From Felis catus (Eukaryota), in the NCBI RefSeq assembly GCF_018350175.1, contig NC_058383.1:30630001-30694000 (forward strand): 64,000 nt of DNA, read 5' to 3'. The notes beneath the pieces were generated by a model. The model ran no database searches. It saw nothing but the letters and a program-made list of their open reading frames with translations, and was not told the origin of the DNA. Below are positions 63,240-64,000 of the stretch, one piece after another (the stretch's first letter is position 1; each line of letters begins with the position of its first letter). Position numbers and translations under genes: made by a program.

Positions 63240-63305
63240 GGGGCTCCTGGGCGGCTCAGTCGGTTAAGTGTCCCATTCTTGGTTTCGGCTTAGGTCATGA
63301 TCTCC
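63240..63305 (+). mobile_element. Can-SINE 5' (tRNA-like) fragment only
   Basis: ggggctcctgggcggctcagtcggttaagtg...ggtcatgatctc, then an abrupt switch to AT-rich, L1-like sequence. Confidence 0.8.
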
Positions 63306-64000
63306 CTGTAATTATATAATTGTAATTTGTTCGTTCTTAAAAACTGTGAAAGCAGACATTACAAGATGTTAATATTTGTTATCTGTGGGTGGTGGTAATA
63401 TAAACGTTAACATTATTTTTTGTACTCATCTGAATCTTCTAAGTTTTTCCAAAAAATGAAAAAAAAATTACAAGATTCCCTGTAGTGGCATCTAGATTGG
63501 AAAGCTCAGTCTAAGGGGAAAAGGGAAGGAAGCAGAGAATTACAGTCAGTGTAGACATCTTAGAGGGGACTTCATGACGCATTGGGCGTTTGTTTCTAAT
63601 ATTTAAATTCCTCTCTCCGTAAACTGCATTTGAAGCTGTGTAAATACTTTGCCTGCTATTATTGGATAGGGGCATGATTTCCCATAACACTGTGAGAATT
63701 GTGTCACCCCTGTTGCCTTGGATAGCCTCCATATCAGGGACATTTCTTCCCTCTTTCTTTCTTCTTTTCATTCCTAACAACCTTTACTTCATGGCTGTGT
63801 CTTCATGAAATCGCTCCATCAAACGTTTGCTTTGATGGGGACATCCATTCAGTTCAGAAGATTTTGGAGGTTGCCTATTGTATGCCAAGCTCATGTGTCA
63901 TGACAAAGACTGCTTTTTGTGTGTTTGATCCATCCACCTAGAAGCATTGTGATCAAGGTTAAAAAAAAAGGTGTTTTAACCTTGTCAAAGTCACTGACTC

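Noticed and set aside
1..64000. Novel multi-gene, CRISPR or defence system
   Set aside because: The window is mammalian intron. The recurring ~200-bp units are dispersed SINEs with TSDs, not a repeat-spacer array, and there is no operon-like ORF cluster.

Overview
This is mammalian nuclear DNA, not prokaryotic. The dense tRNA-derived Can-SINEs look like the feliform (cat-type, SINEC_Fc-like) form, which points to a cat or a close relative. The whole window lies inside the + strand gene CPPED1 (calcineurin-like phosphoesterase domain-containing 1). Two internal coding exons are present: 2835-3053 (219 nt) and 52668-53090 (423 nt), separated by a 49.6 kb GT-AG intron. The first exon and the last exon (with the GHxH motif) lie outside the window. 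The rest is intron filled with SINEs, L1/L2/MIR remnants, MaLR/ERVL LTRs, hAT DNA-transposon fossils and microsatellites. Repeat families were assigned from memory of consensus sequences, so subfamily names and boundaries are approximate. I found no convincing novel multi-gene system, CRISPR array or RNA gene. The best second-look items are mechanistic footprints: a tandem duplication with a locally templated junction and nested SINEs, a twin-primed inverted L1, and a tail-to-tail inverted SINE hairpin. Also noted are symmetric exons with circRNA or skipping potential, a CpG-island-like exon, non-B-DNA tracts and candidate conserved non-coding blocks.
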